Shown piece after piece: positions 28,957 to 38,321 of a DNA stretch of 64,000 nucleotides; the first letter of the stretch is position 1; each line of letters starts with the position of its first letter. Made by a program: the position numbers and the translations under genes. The notes below the pieces were generated by a model. That model ran no database searches. It was not told the origin of the DNA and was given only the letters and a program-made list of their open reading frames with translations. The stretch is from positions 32,001-96,000 of IMG/VR virus record IMGVR_UViG_3300037755_000305; one strand, 5' to 3'. This DNA comes from a virus.

Positions 28957-31900
28957 GCTACCGGGAGTTAACTTCCAGGCGCCTCTCGCAACCGATGACC
29001 TGGAGTTTCAGCAGACTAGCAACGGACAAGAAATACAAGAGCGCACTCGACTAACGATTGGTGCTGTTGGTAACTTTTCTGGGCATTTCGGTATTGTTGA
29101 TACTATCGATCCGCAGGACATTTCTACGTCGGATATTGAGCGTCCCCTAAACGTCTCGGTATCTGCGGATAACGCCCTACGAGTAGACGTTACCACGGGT
29201 ACTGCTGTTACGGCTTGCGGCAACTGGGTCAAGCTTCTCAATAGAATCACCAGTCTCGAATTGGCCTCAACGTCAGTCGGCGCTGTAAACGTCGTTTACA
29301 TAGAATATTTCACAGAAGACGGAACAGAGAGACGTGTCAACAAATTCAACATAGACGTTGCCGTTCGAAACCAGAGACCGTCCGATAACGATTCAGTTAT
29401 TGGCGTGGACATTCTTGGAAACTTCACAGATTCCTCGAAATATACACCTACACGATTGAAGGACATCGTGGTTTTGGCTTACGTTACTGTAAACCAGCTA
29501 GCCGATTTAACTCTGGATCTTGCTATTGATCTTGGTGCTAATAACTTTGATGATAATCGGCCCTGGTTCAGCCCCACGGATATCGCTCACCAGACAAAGG
29601 TAGGCACGGCGGACCCGACAGACACCAACCCTCATGGTACCAGTCTAAACGATCTAGCTGCTGGTCGCCTAACTCTGTATCAACAGGCTGTTACACACGG
29701 CATGGTCATTTCGAAGGATGTGTCTAAACCACGATATCCAGGCATCAAGACTGAAGAAGTCATTGCGGCAGTAAGTTTCAACACTGACGGAACAGGTTTG
29801 GTTACGAGACGAGCCCGACTTTTCGGAAGCATAAACGCCAAGTATGTAGCACTACAGCATTACCCTATCTCTATAGGAAGCGCTTACGCTACAGGCAACC
29901 CTGCTCAGCAAATTTCTGTGGATTTTGTACCTGATGCAAATATTCTCGTGATTCCAACAAATGAACCCATCCCAGAAGAAGGAATCACGGTCGAATACAT
30001 GTACTCCGAAGCCGGAGAGCCTCCGGTAGACCCTGTAACAAACGATTTAGTGTTCTTGCAGCCTGCGGATTCTGAGCTTATCATTGCGGATGGCATCGCA
30101 GTGTCTTCTATTCCTGCTCCTATCATTTCTTTTGATGGTTCCGGACCCATCCCCAAAAATTTTCGAGTGCTTCTAGACGCTGACGGGGTTCTAATCTCCA
30201 GCCCCCAGATCTTGCAGCCTCCCATCAAGCTTTCGGCAATGGGTACATCTGATCTGCCTATAACACGAGCAATGCGTGGTGATGCGCCTGTTGAAATCGG
30301 ATTGACGCGGTCTAACGATGTGGATGGAATGTCAATCGTATTGAACATTACCGGTGTGGACGCCGATGATAATCCCGCTAGTGAGGATCTTACATTCGAC
30401 TACGATAACTGGTCTGATTCTTCTATCCCGTCCGCCGAAGAAAATATCAACCAGTTCCAGAGAACTTCAACTATTTTCTCTACGGTGTCTACTATTCGTG
30501 TTGTTAGTCGATCCAGTGACGGAAATGATTCTACCATCATCGTGTACGGAGACCAAGAAGCTTCTGTAACTGAAACCTTCAAGGAAAAATGCCCGCTCGC
30601 AGATGTGTTCTGGGATGGATTGGCTGTAGAGGGTGTTCTTGACGCTCGTCCTATCTCCCCGAACCTAGAGCTTCCACGAACCCCTATTTACAACGGAACT
30701 GGGGCAGATGAGCCTGGATCTCGGGCGTGGTTATACGAAGATTTCAGAAAGCCTCGTTACGGGGATTCTTTTGCTGGTAACGAAGATCCCGCAGAAGCTA
30801 AGGGCTCTCTAACTATCACGCAAAATGAATTGATTTCCAATGACGATACAATTGATCTAGGAAACGGCAAAGTTTTGGTCGCCAAGACCCCTGCGGCTGC
30901 TTCTGGCTCTCTGACAGCGTTGCAGTTTGGTATTAACGTACCGTTGGGTTCTACGCAGCTCATCATCAATGAGCAAGGGGGCGGCAACGTTTCGGTTTCT
31001 ACAGGAAACGGCTATCTTGATCCTGATGTTCTGGCAGACGAAATTGCTGCTGGTCTGACATCTAACTCCGGTTTGGGCATCACATACATCACCTCTGTCA
31101 CCACACAGCGACAAATCACTATCACGGCTGTTGGAGGTAACCTCTTTACAATCGTATCCAGTTCTTTGGCAACTTTGCTTGGATTCAGCGTGACGTCTCC
31201 AGCCAGCAGCATTCAGACATCTGCAAGCCAACCAGGACTAAACGACCAGGATACCTTCACACTAAGTGACGGTACTACAACCAAAGTATTTGAATTTGAC
31301 GTAGGAGGTGGTGGCTTATCTGATATTACACACCTATCAGTCAATGTTGGCGGAGACGGTACAGAAGTCGAAACGCAAGCCGCTATAGTTTCCGCTATCA
31401 ACGCATCAAGTCTCTCGCTAACGGCTACGCCCGGACTTGGTGCATTGGTTGAAATCGTGAATGACGATTTGGGAGCCTCTGGAAACGCCCCTATTGTGCA
31501 GTCCGTGTCTTCTGGTTACGACATGTTTCCCGTGGGAATGTCTGGTGGAACAGATGGTGGAGCAAATTCTTCTTTGGGTGAGTTCAATGTTGGAGTGGGC
31601 ACCGATTTCGAAACTACAGGTAACAACATCGTGGCTACCTTGGCGGATCTAGTTTTCGATTCCGATATAACCGGAACACGAACAGGCAACGTTGTTAATT
31701 TGATTAGAAACGCAGGTGGTGTATCAAACAACAAGATCGTGGGAACCTTTGTCAACGTTGCCCCGGAGCCTATTGATATTGATGGATTTTCTGGCGGTGC
31801 TGGCAGATACCTTGCCACATCTCCAGATTCCTTTGCAGAGGGACTCAGGACTCGTATACCTCGTGCAAACACGGATCTAGACTCGGTATCACACAAATAC

Positions 31901-32557
31901 CGATCTAGGTCGTTAGGCATCCCAGTGGGACTACAGAGCGCCCCTGTAGAGAAAATCTCTATCGTTATGCACAATCCCGGGAATGTGAGTGGAGGCGCTA
32001 TCAGCGTTCCTCCTGAGCCGCTGTTGGTGTCTTCCATTCGTGTACAGGCAGCCATGTCGTCTGATCCTGGGAACTGGCAAGGCTTTGAACCGGTTGCTTT
32101 GGTTTCCAAGAATCCAAATTACGCAGTATTCGAGCATGACTTCGGAGAGCCTATTGATAAGGTCCAATTAGAAATGTTCGGCATCTTTACTGATTATGCG
32201 TTGGCCGATGTTACCAACGTAGGCGTAATTGGTCAGGGTCCGACGGGAGCCGCCGGTGCTGCTGGCGCCACGGGCGCTTCGGGTGCTGCTGGAGCCACGG
32301 GTGCTGCTGGATCTGATGGAGCAACTGGTACACAGGGCGCAACTGGACCTGCTGCGAACATATACTCGCAAACCTTCCCGTCGTCCAGTGTATGGACAGT
32401 TACACACAATCTAGGTACTACAGATATTACTTGGGCGGCATACGATACCTCTGGCGTGGCGCAATTCCCTGTCATGGACATTGTTGATGCCAACACTGTA
32501 ACCATGACCTTCGCGCCCGCCTTGGCTGGTACGGCTGTCATTGTGGGGGTTAGCTAA
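28946..32557 (+). CDS. large virion appendage protein with nested inserted domains and a collagen-like segment
   Basis: 1203 aa, with a Gly-X-Y run and a C-terminal WTVTHNLG domain. Confidence 0.7.
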   Translation: MANKLPGVNFQAPLATDDLEFQQTSNGQEIQERTRLTIGAVGNFSGHFGIVDTIDPQDISTSDIERPLNVSVSADNALRVDVTTGTAVTACGNWVKLLNRITSLELASTSVGAVNVVYIEYFTEDGTERRVNKFNIDVAVRNQRPSDNDSVIGVDILGNFTDSSKYTPTRLKDIVVLAYVTVNQLADLTLDLAIDLGANNFDDNRPWFSPTDIAHQTKVGTADPTDTNPHGTSLNDLAAGRLTLYQQAVTHGMVISKDVSKPRYPGIKTEEVIAAVSFNTDGTGLVTRRARLFGSINAKYVALQHYPISIGSAYATGNPAQQISVDFVPDANILVIPTNEPIPEEGITVEYMYSEAGEPPVDPVTNDLVFLQPADSELIIADGIAVSSIPAPIISFDGSGPIPKNFRVLLDADGVLISSPQILQPPIKLSAMGTSDLPITRAMRGDAPVEIGLTRSNDVDGMSIVLNITGVDADDNPASEDLTFDYDNWSDSSIPSAEENINQFQRTSTIFSTVSTIRVVSRSSDGNDSTIIVYGDQEASVTETFKEKCPLADVFWDGLAVEGVLDARPISPNLELPRTPIYNGTGADEPGSRAWLYEDFRKPRYGDSFAGNEDPAEAKGSLTITQNELISNDDTIDLGNGKVLVAKTPAAASGSLTALQFGINVPLGSTQLIINEQGGGNVSVSTGNGYLDPDVLADEIAAGLTSNSGLGITYITSVTTQRQITITAVGGNLFTIVSSSLATLLGFSVTSPASSIQTSASQPGLNDQDTFTLSDGTTTKVFEFDVGGGGLSDITHLSVNVGGDGTEVETQAAIVSAINASSLSLTATPGLGALVEIVNDDLGASGNAPIVQSVSSGYDMFPVGMSGGTDGGANSSLGEFNVGVGTDFETTGNNIVATLADLVFDSDITGTRTGNVVNLIRNAGGVSNNKIVGTFVNVAPEPIDIDGFSGGAGRYLATSPDSFAEGLRTRIPRANTDLDSVSHKYRSRSLGIPVGLQSAPVEKISIVMHNPGNVSGGAISVPPEPLLVSSIRVQAAMSSDPGNWQGFEPVALVSKNPNYAVFEHDFGEPIDKVQLEMFGIFTDYALADVTNVGVIGQGPTGAAGAAGATGASGAAGATGAAGSDGATGTQGATGPAANIYSQTFPSSSVWTVTHNLGTTDITWAAYDTSGVAQFPVMDIVDANTVTMTFAPALAGTAVIVGVS
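32237..32353 (+). repeat. 13 Gly-X-Y collagen-like triplets (GPT GAA GAA GAT GAS GAA GAT GAA GSD GAT GTQ GAT GPA)
   Basis: Read directly from the translation. Confidence 0.92.
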
Positions 32558-33153
32558 TGACTACTAGGTATCAAACACCTGATTTTCGAGATGAAAATGG
32601 AAACAGGCTCGTACCTCGGACACTGCTTCAAACAGTCACGCTAAGTGTTGCGCAAAATACAGTCGAATTGGTTCTTCCTTCCACACCTTGGAAGCGTTTT
32701 GAAATTCAGGTTGACAACATGGCGTCTGTTCAAGATAGAGTAGGTGGCAGAATTAGGTTTCGTATGAACGGTGGAATACAAGCTGGGGTATCGGATTACT
32801 CTTTTCATGTGGCCGGTTATCCGTCAACTGCTGGAGAAGCTTCGGACTTTGATGATAGTCTATCGTATATCAAGCTAACCAGAGACGACACCAATTTACA
32901 GTTCGGAAGCCAAAATAACGAGTCCTACTCATTTAACCTTTTCATAGATCCTGGAGAAGACGCAGCATATCTTCCACGAATCTGGGGCCAAGGTATGGGT
33001 CTGTCCGACCAGCCGATTGGCAACGGTATTTCTATATACGGCATCTATAGGGGTGTAACTTCACAGGAGTTCGGACGAGTAGAGGGCATCGAATTCAGCA
33101 TGGTATCTGACAACATTAAGAGAGGCGAATTCCGTCTATACGGAACGGAGTAG
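32557..33153 (+). CDS. hypothetical tail-associated beta-sandwich protein
   Basis: Coupled ORF ending GEFRLYG, a pattern seen in fibre C-terminal domains. Confidence 0.6.
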   Translation: MTTRYQTPDFRDENGNRLVPRTLLQTVTLSVAQNTVELVLPSTPWKRFEIQVDNMASVQDRVGGRIRFRMNGGIQAGVSDYSFHVAGYPSTAGEASDFDDSLSYIKLTRDDTNLQFGSQNNESYSFNLFIDPGEDAAYLPRIWGQGMGLSDQPIGNGISIYGIYRGVTSQEFGRVEGIEFSMVSDNIKRGEFRLYGTE

Positions 33154-33157
33154 TATT

Positions 33158-34090
33158 ATGGCACAGACACGTTATATAAATTTTGGGGATACCGTCCTCG
33201 CCCAGAGAATCAACGAAATTTCTACAGCTATCGTCGTCCCTGCGGTTCTTTCTGGTGCCGAGATGACTGTTGGATTGGGCGGGAAAAGTGTGAATATAGC
33301 CCCCCACAAAGTGATGCTTGACGATGTTCTACTGATTGAGAACTCTACAATCAATTTGGTAGTGTCAAACCCTTTGCCTGTAGATGCCACTGATTACACT
33401 ATAGTCTATGAGCACTCAAACCAGCAGATTCAGGGCGGTGTACCCGCTTTGTTGCTAATCAAAGAAGGTTTGTTGTCTTTTGACTCCCTATCTAACACAG
33501 TTGTCGTAGGTTGGATTCGATGGACTGGATCAGGTACACAGCTACAGCCCGAGATGTTTATTGAGGCCCCTAAGCTACAGATCAGGAATCCTTCCGAGTT
33601 CTTTGCGGATACTATAGTTCCTCCATTTGTTCCTAGAATCTACACTAGAGATGAATCTCCAGTAACCGGAGCCACTGTAGTTACAGATGTATTTGATGTT
33701 ACAGCTTTCGATAGCGGGCAAATAGGATCAGCTCATCTGAAATTAGACAATGTGTCTGCCTCTATCAACACCATTACTCACCTATTTCCGTTCGTGTCAG
33801 GATTGCAACCCCCAAATAGAATAATCATCGAAGCAAACGCTCCTTTAGGAGGCTCTGTATCTGTATCTTTGATTGACGAAGAGGGCAACGAGTACGCTGC
33901 CGTAGCAGACGGAACTATCACCAATACGTCATCGCAGTTCGAGTTTCGAGAGGTGCAGATCCTAAATGTTGACACAACGAAATTTTCGCAGAATCGTCCG
34001 TACTACGTACAGACTGTCACACAACTTAACCCAGGGAAGCAGGCGCTAATTTCCATCATTGGAACCTCCTCCAACTTCCTACCAGTATAA
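33158..34090 (+). CDS. hypothetical virion protein
   Basis: N-terminus loosely resembles the fibre N-termini (RINE..VLSG..V..G..V.IAP). Confidence 0.6.
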   Translation: MAQTRYINFGDTVLAQRINEISTAIVVPAVLSGAEMTVGLGGKSVNIAPHKVMLDDVLLIENSTINLVVSNPLPVDATDYTIVYEHSNQQIQGGVPALLLIKEGLLSFDSLSNTVVVGWIRWTGSGTQLQPEMFIEAPKLQIRNPSEFFADTIVPPFVPRIYTRDESPVTGATVVTDVFDVTAFDSGQIGSAHLKLDNVSASINTITHLFPFVSGLQPPNRIIIEANAPLGGSVSVSLIDEEGNEYAAVADGTITNTSSQFEFREVQILNVDTTKFSQNRPYYVQTVTQLNPGKQALISIIGTSSNFLPV

Positions 34091-34101
34091 GAGATCAGAT
34101 T

Positions 34102-34539
34102 ATGAAAACTGTAACAGGACTACGAACAGTCGTAAAGTTCTTCAACAACGGGCAAGTTCAAGGTGGTGGTACTATCGGTGATAAGCCGAAAATCCACAAT
34201 CACTTGATTACCAGAACATTGGGTAAGCTTGGCGTTATTGACTCCAAGTGGGAACCCACGGAAGAGTCCCCGAAGGATGGATCTTTTTGGCTCGTAGAGA
34301 TACTTCGAGAAACCAGCCCCTCGAAAGCGCAAGGTGTTTTCGTTTTGTCCCCCATTCGCCCTGTAGAAGTCGGCGAAGTACAGAAACTTTCCCCGGGGAT
34401 GTACGAAGAGGAAAGCGATGAGGGTACGGTTATTATCACCCCCAAGTTGCGTGAAGACTTCTACTGGATGTTGCCCTTGTCTCTACGCAAGTCTATGACG
34501 AATGTCAACGCAGTTGTCGTTAAGTACCTCTGGGAGTAG
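34102..34539 (+). CDS. hypothetical protein
   Basis: 145-aa ORF; last gene before the ACTAAAG motif. Confidence 0.6.
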   Translation: MKTVTGLRTVVKFFNNGQVQGGGTIGDKPKIHNHLITRTLGKLGVIDSKWEPTEESPKDGSFWLVEILRETSPSKAQGVFVLSPIRPVEVGEVQKLSPGMYEEESDEGTVIITPKLREDFYWMLPLSLRKSMTNVNAVVVKYLWE

Positions 34540-34547
34540 GTTCGTAG

Positions 34548-34554
34548 ACTAAAG
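34548..34554 (+). promoter_or_regulatory. ACTAAAG motif upstream of the DNA polymerase
   Basis: Intergenic, 7 nt before the ATG; recurrent motif. Confidence 0.5.
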
Positions 34555-34561
34555 AGGTCGC

Positions 34562-37500
34562 ATGGATTCAGGGATTCTACCCTTCACATGCGCTCAAGAG
34601 TCTTGTCCTGCTTACGCGGACTGTTCTCTCATTCCTACGCAATTTCGCCGTGGCAAAAAGCACCCGGACGAGGTGATCCTTTTCGTAGGAGAAGGCCCCC
34701 GGAGGTCCGAGTCTGAGAGCGGCCTTCCGTTCCAAGGCAAGGACGGGGATCTGCTCCGCAAAAATGTCAATAGATTCAACGTCAGAGGCGTCTCAGTCGC
34801 TTATACGTCACTTGTTAGGAACTGGGATGAGCTGGGTGGAGCAGGGCAAACTATCTCTCCAGAGACCGTTCAGGAGTGCCTCAAGCACCTAAAAACGGAC
34901 ATAGACACTCTGAAGCCCACCAAAATCGTCGTAATGGGCAGTGTTCTTAAGAGTTTGGTGCCAAGCACCCCCCACATCTCAAAGGCTCGTGGTCAGCACT
35001 ACGATCATCCGGTCCTGGGCAAGATCTTTGCCACCTACGATCCGGCTTACGTAATGAAACGTCCTGGGTTTTTCGAACAATGGAAGAACGACATCCAGTT
35101 GTCCCTGGGATCAACAGCGGCCCAGAAAAAGGCGGACAAATGGGCCAAGCCATCCGCGTTCCGAATTCTGACGAAGGTAGAGGACGTTGAAGAGTACGTT
35201 GAGCACCTTCTGACTGATCCCAAAATCAAGATTATCGCCTGTGACACGGAAACCAAGAACCTAAATAAGCGTTATGGTAACGTGCTTGGCACCTTCCAGT
35301 TTTGTGAAGACGGAAATACCGGTACGGTAATTCCCTATATGCACCCGCAAGCGCCGTGGTGGCCGGATGACAAGAAACGTCTCGATAAGGCACTGATTCG
35401 TCTCTTTACAGAGCCTAACCCCAAGTTTCGTTACTGGGTCTTCCACAACGTTGCCTTCGATTTTCGTATGATGATGAACTTCGGTCTGGGGATCTGCAAG
35501 TTCAATAGACCTTTGTTGGATACCGGCATGATGGCTTATTGCCAGGACGAGAATCGCGGAAAATCTGGCATCGACAAGCCGTATTCTCTGGACTCGCTGC
35601 TTAGAGATTATCTGAAGGTCGCAAAATACGAAGATCCTGAAATCGAGCGCCTGAAGAAACAGGGCAAGCTTCTAGAAATTGCTATCGAACGTATTGCCAA
35701 ATATGGTGCCAGCGACGCTGTTTACACTTGGCGATTGTTTTGGTTCATTCTGGAGAGGGCTGACAAAGAGCAGTACAAGCAGAAACTACTCAAGCTGGTA
35801 GAACACTGGTTCGAGCCAGTTAATCGCATGATTGGCATCATGGGTTCGAACGGATTCTGGGTAGACATGCACCAGTTGCGTGAACTGAAGAATCCCAAGA
35901 CCAGTCCTATTGTCGCTAGAATGAGCGAGCTTACGGAAGAATGGAAGAGTAGCCATCCTACGCAGGAGGCAAACAGGAGGCTTTTGCGTAAGCAACTCGG
36001 CGGAAAGATGAAGCCGGTGTTTGGCGGCGGAAAAGATGCCTGGATGTTCAACATCGACAAAATGGACCACAAACAGTGCCTATTCTTCGACGTAATGGGT
36101 CTCGCACCTATTGACTTCGGAAAGAGCACAAGGATTCCTATTGTAGGCGCAGTAGAGTCTGGGCAAGAGGTAAAGCCAACACCGACTGGTAAGCTCGATA
36201 AGGCGTTCCAAGAACGTTACATGCACATACCAGAAGTGGAGAGATTGCACGAACATTCTGGACTGAAGAAGCTCAAGACATCCTATGTGAAGTCCATCTA
36301 TGAATTCCTAGATCCGAAGAATGGACAGGAAGGGGCTATCGACAGCCGCGTGCGTCCTAGCTTTTGGGTCACCACTACGGATACAGGGCGCTCTTCCTGT
36401 TCTGACCCCAACCTTCAGCAAGTTCCTAGAAGTGATAACTGGGCCAAGAAAGAGATTAAGAACATGTACGCGGCTGAGCCCGGGTGCGCCCTAATTCAGC
36501 TAGACTTCATGACATCAGAGGTCCGGTGGTGGGGAATCTTATCTGGCTGTCCGAGCCTTGCAAAGGCGTTCCTTGACGGCAAGAAAGCGCGCGACGATTA
36601 TTCTAGTGCAGCAGAGGACTACGTAAAACGAAAGCCTAAGATGCACTACGCGATCTTGTCTGCTGGTGCTGACATGTTGAATCCTGAGGATGAAGACGCT
36701 AACGGTCTGTTCACCTTCAAACAAAAGGAGGGACCTAACGGATTAGAAATTTTGAATGGCAAACATTCGACTAAGGCTATCAAGATCGCCTGGAAACTTT
36801 TGCACACAGATCCGCTATTTCGTGCCCTGTGTCAGGCTAAGGTATTCGCGGGAATTGCTGGCGACATCCACAAATCAACTGCCAGTCAGATGTACAAAAC
36901 CCCGATCACACAGGTAACCAAGAGTCAGCGTACAGATACGAAGTCGATTGTGTTTGGTACCATGTTTGGTCGTGGTGTGAAGGCCATTGCCGCACAGCTT
37001 CAGATCGAAGATATTGCAGATGTTCAAAACAGGATAGATAACTTCTTTGCCCAGTTCCCTGCGGCGGAAAAGTGGATGTTCGATATTGAAGAAGAAGGTG
37101 AAGAGAAAGGTTACGTAGAAAGCCCCATCGGTCGTAGGCGACGGTTGTTGACGTTCCAGATGGGTTACGGTGATGACGGAGAAATAGCGAAAGCAAAGCG
37201 CATCGCAAGAAACGCTCCGATTCAGGGCATTTCCTCCGATGGTGCTTTTCTGGGGGCCGCTATGTTCTGCGATTGGTTGATCGAAAAAGGCAAATGGCAT
37301 CCGCACCCCACCAAAGAATGTTGGCAACTTCAGGACGTAGTTCACGACTCTCTAGTGCTTCAAGTTCCGATCGAAGACGTGCCGAAAGCACTGCGCGAAG
37401 TCAAACCCTGGTTCACTAACAAATTGATGGATCGAATGGTTGAAATTTGGAACGTGGATTTCAACATACCTTTGGAGATTGACTTCGAAGTGGGGCTGAA

Positions 37501-37609
37501 GTGGGGCGAGATCGAGGCATGGGACGGTACGCAGCTTCATCTCGATTACTTGATGAATCGTCTTCGTAAAGCGGAAGCGGAACGAACATTGGAAACAGAA
37601 TGCTTGTAA
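34562..37609 (+). CDS. polA: family A DNA polymerase with N-terminal family-4 UDG-like domain and 3'-5' exonuclease
   Basis: UDG VGEGP..E..G.PFQGKDG.LL. Exonuclease CDTET/HNVAFD/YGASDA. Motif A LDFMTSEVR, motif B RTDTKSIVFGTMFG, motif C VHDS. Confidence 0.95.
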   Translation: MDSGILPFTCAQESCPAYADCSLIPTQFRRGKKHPDEVILFVGEGPRRSESESGLPFQGKDGDLLRKNVNRFNVRGVSVAYTSLVRNWDELGGAGQTISPETVQECLKHLKTDIDTLKPTKIVVMGSVLKSLVPSTPHISKARGQHYDHPVLGKIFATYDPAYVMKRPGFFEQWKNDIQLSLGSTAAQKKADKWAKPSAFRILTKVEDVEEYVEHLLTDPKIKIIACDTETKNLNKRYGNVLGTFQFCEDGNTGTVIPYMHPQAPWWPDDKKRLDKALIRLFTEPNPKFRYWVFHNVAFDFRMMMNFGLGICKFNRPLLDTGMMAYCQDENRGKSGIDKPYSLDSLLRDYLKVAKYEDPEIERLKKQGKLLEIAIERIAKYGASDAVYTWRLFWFILERADKEQYKQKLLKLVEHWFEPVNRMIGIMGSNGFWVDMHQLRELKNPKTSPIVARMSELTEEWKSSHPTQEANRRLLRKQLGGKMKPVFGGGKDAWMFNIDKMDHKQCLFFDVMGLAPIDFGKSTRIPIVGAVESGQEVKPTPTGKLDKAFQERYMHIPEVERLHEHSGLKKLKTSYVKSIYEFLDPKNGQEGAIDSRVRPSFWVTTTDTGRSSCSDPNLQQVPRSDNWAKKEIKNMYAAEPGCALIQLDFMTSEVRWWGILSGCPSLAKAFLDGKKARDDYSSAAEDYVKRKPKMHYAILSAGADMLNPEDEDANGLFTFKQKEGPNGLEILNGKHSTKAIKIAWKLLHTDPLFRALCQAKVFAGIAGDIHKSTASQMYKTPITQVTKSQRTDTKSIVFGTMFGRGVKAIAAQLQIEDIADVQNRIDNFFAQFPAAEKWMFDIEEEGEEKGYVESPIGRRRRLLTFQMGYGDDGEIAKAKRIARNAPIQGISSDGAFLGAAMFCDWLIEKGKWHPHPTKECWQLQDVVHDSLVLQVPIEDVPKALREVKPWFTNKLMDRMVEIWNVDFNIPLEIDFEVGLKWGEIEAWDGTQLHLDYLMNRLRKAEAERTLETECL

Positions 37610-37733
37610 ATTTCGGTGAAAAAGTCCGCAAATTAATGTTGTTCTTTGTTGTCGGAGGGTATTGGAAGGGAGCAGGTGCATACCTTCTGCTCTTCTTATG
37701 CAATGCCTACACGTTTGAGACGAAAAGGAGAAA

Positions 37734-38321
37734 ATGATGACAAACCAAAAGGCTGAGCGCACCAATGAAAGATTTGCAGTGTACTTATCAGGTGGTATGG
37801 AGTTCAAGAAAAATTTAGGTAGCAAATGGCGAGAGTGGATAACAGAGCGCTTGGCGGAACAGGACATCTTCGCTCTTGATCCAGTTAAGTTGGAAGCTAC
37901 TGGTGTTTTCGGCGCGCCGACACAGCAGAGGCTATCCGAACTCAAGGAAACCCCTTCTAAAGAGAACATGGAAATTATCAGGAATATTGCAAGAGACCAA
38001 TTCTTCCGAAAAGACATTCACGCTATCCAGTTGGCGGACGCTATCATTGTATTGTACGACAAGTCTGCACAGCTAGGAGCAGGAACACTTTCCGAAGCAT
38101 GGGAAGCTTTTCGAGAAGGAAGACCGGTGTACCTCATGTCAGATTTTCCGATTGAAGAGATTCCGGTATGGCTCATTGGAGAGACAACAGAAATCTTCTA
38201 CAACTTTGAAGACCTTTTGGAATACACTAAAGACCACAGCAATATCCTACGTGATATCAAGAATGCCAGAGCAATCAGAGAATCTGTGCTTGGCGACCTA
38301 TACTTGAAAGAGGTACAATGA
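37734..38321 (+). CDS. NDT / Rcl-like deoxynucleotide N-glycosidase
   Basis: VYLSGGM...KDIHAIQLADAIIV...GAGTLSEAWEAFREGRPVY. Confidence 0.85.
   Translation: MMTNQKAERTNERFAVYLSGGMEFKKNLGSKWREWITERLAEQDIFALDPVKLEATGVFGAPTQQRLSELKETPSKENMEIIRNIARDQFFRKDIHAIQLADAIIVLYDKSAQLGAGTLSEAWEAFREGRPVYLMSDFPIEEIPVWLIGETTEIFYNFEDLLEYTKDHSNILRDIKNARAIRESVLGDLYLKEVQ

Noticed and set aside
34548-34554. CTAAAG as a sigma-28 -35 box
   Set aside because: No GCCGATAA-like -10 at the right spacing after any copy, and three copies are only 7 nt from a start codon.
36581-36862. PolA insertion as an intein or intron
   Set aside because: It is in frame, has no Cys/Ser start or His-Asn end, and shows no endonuclease motif or group I structure.
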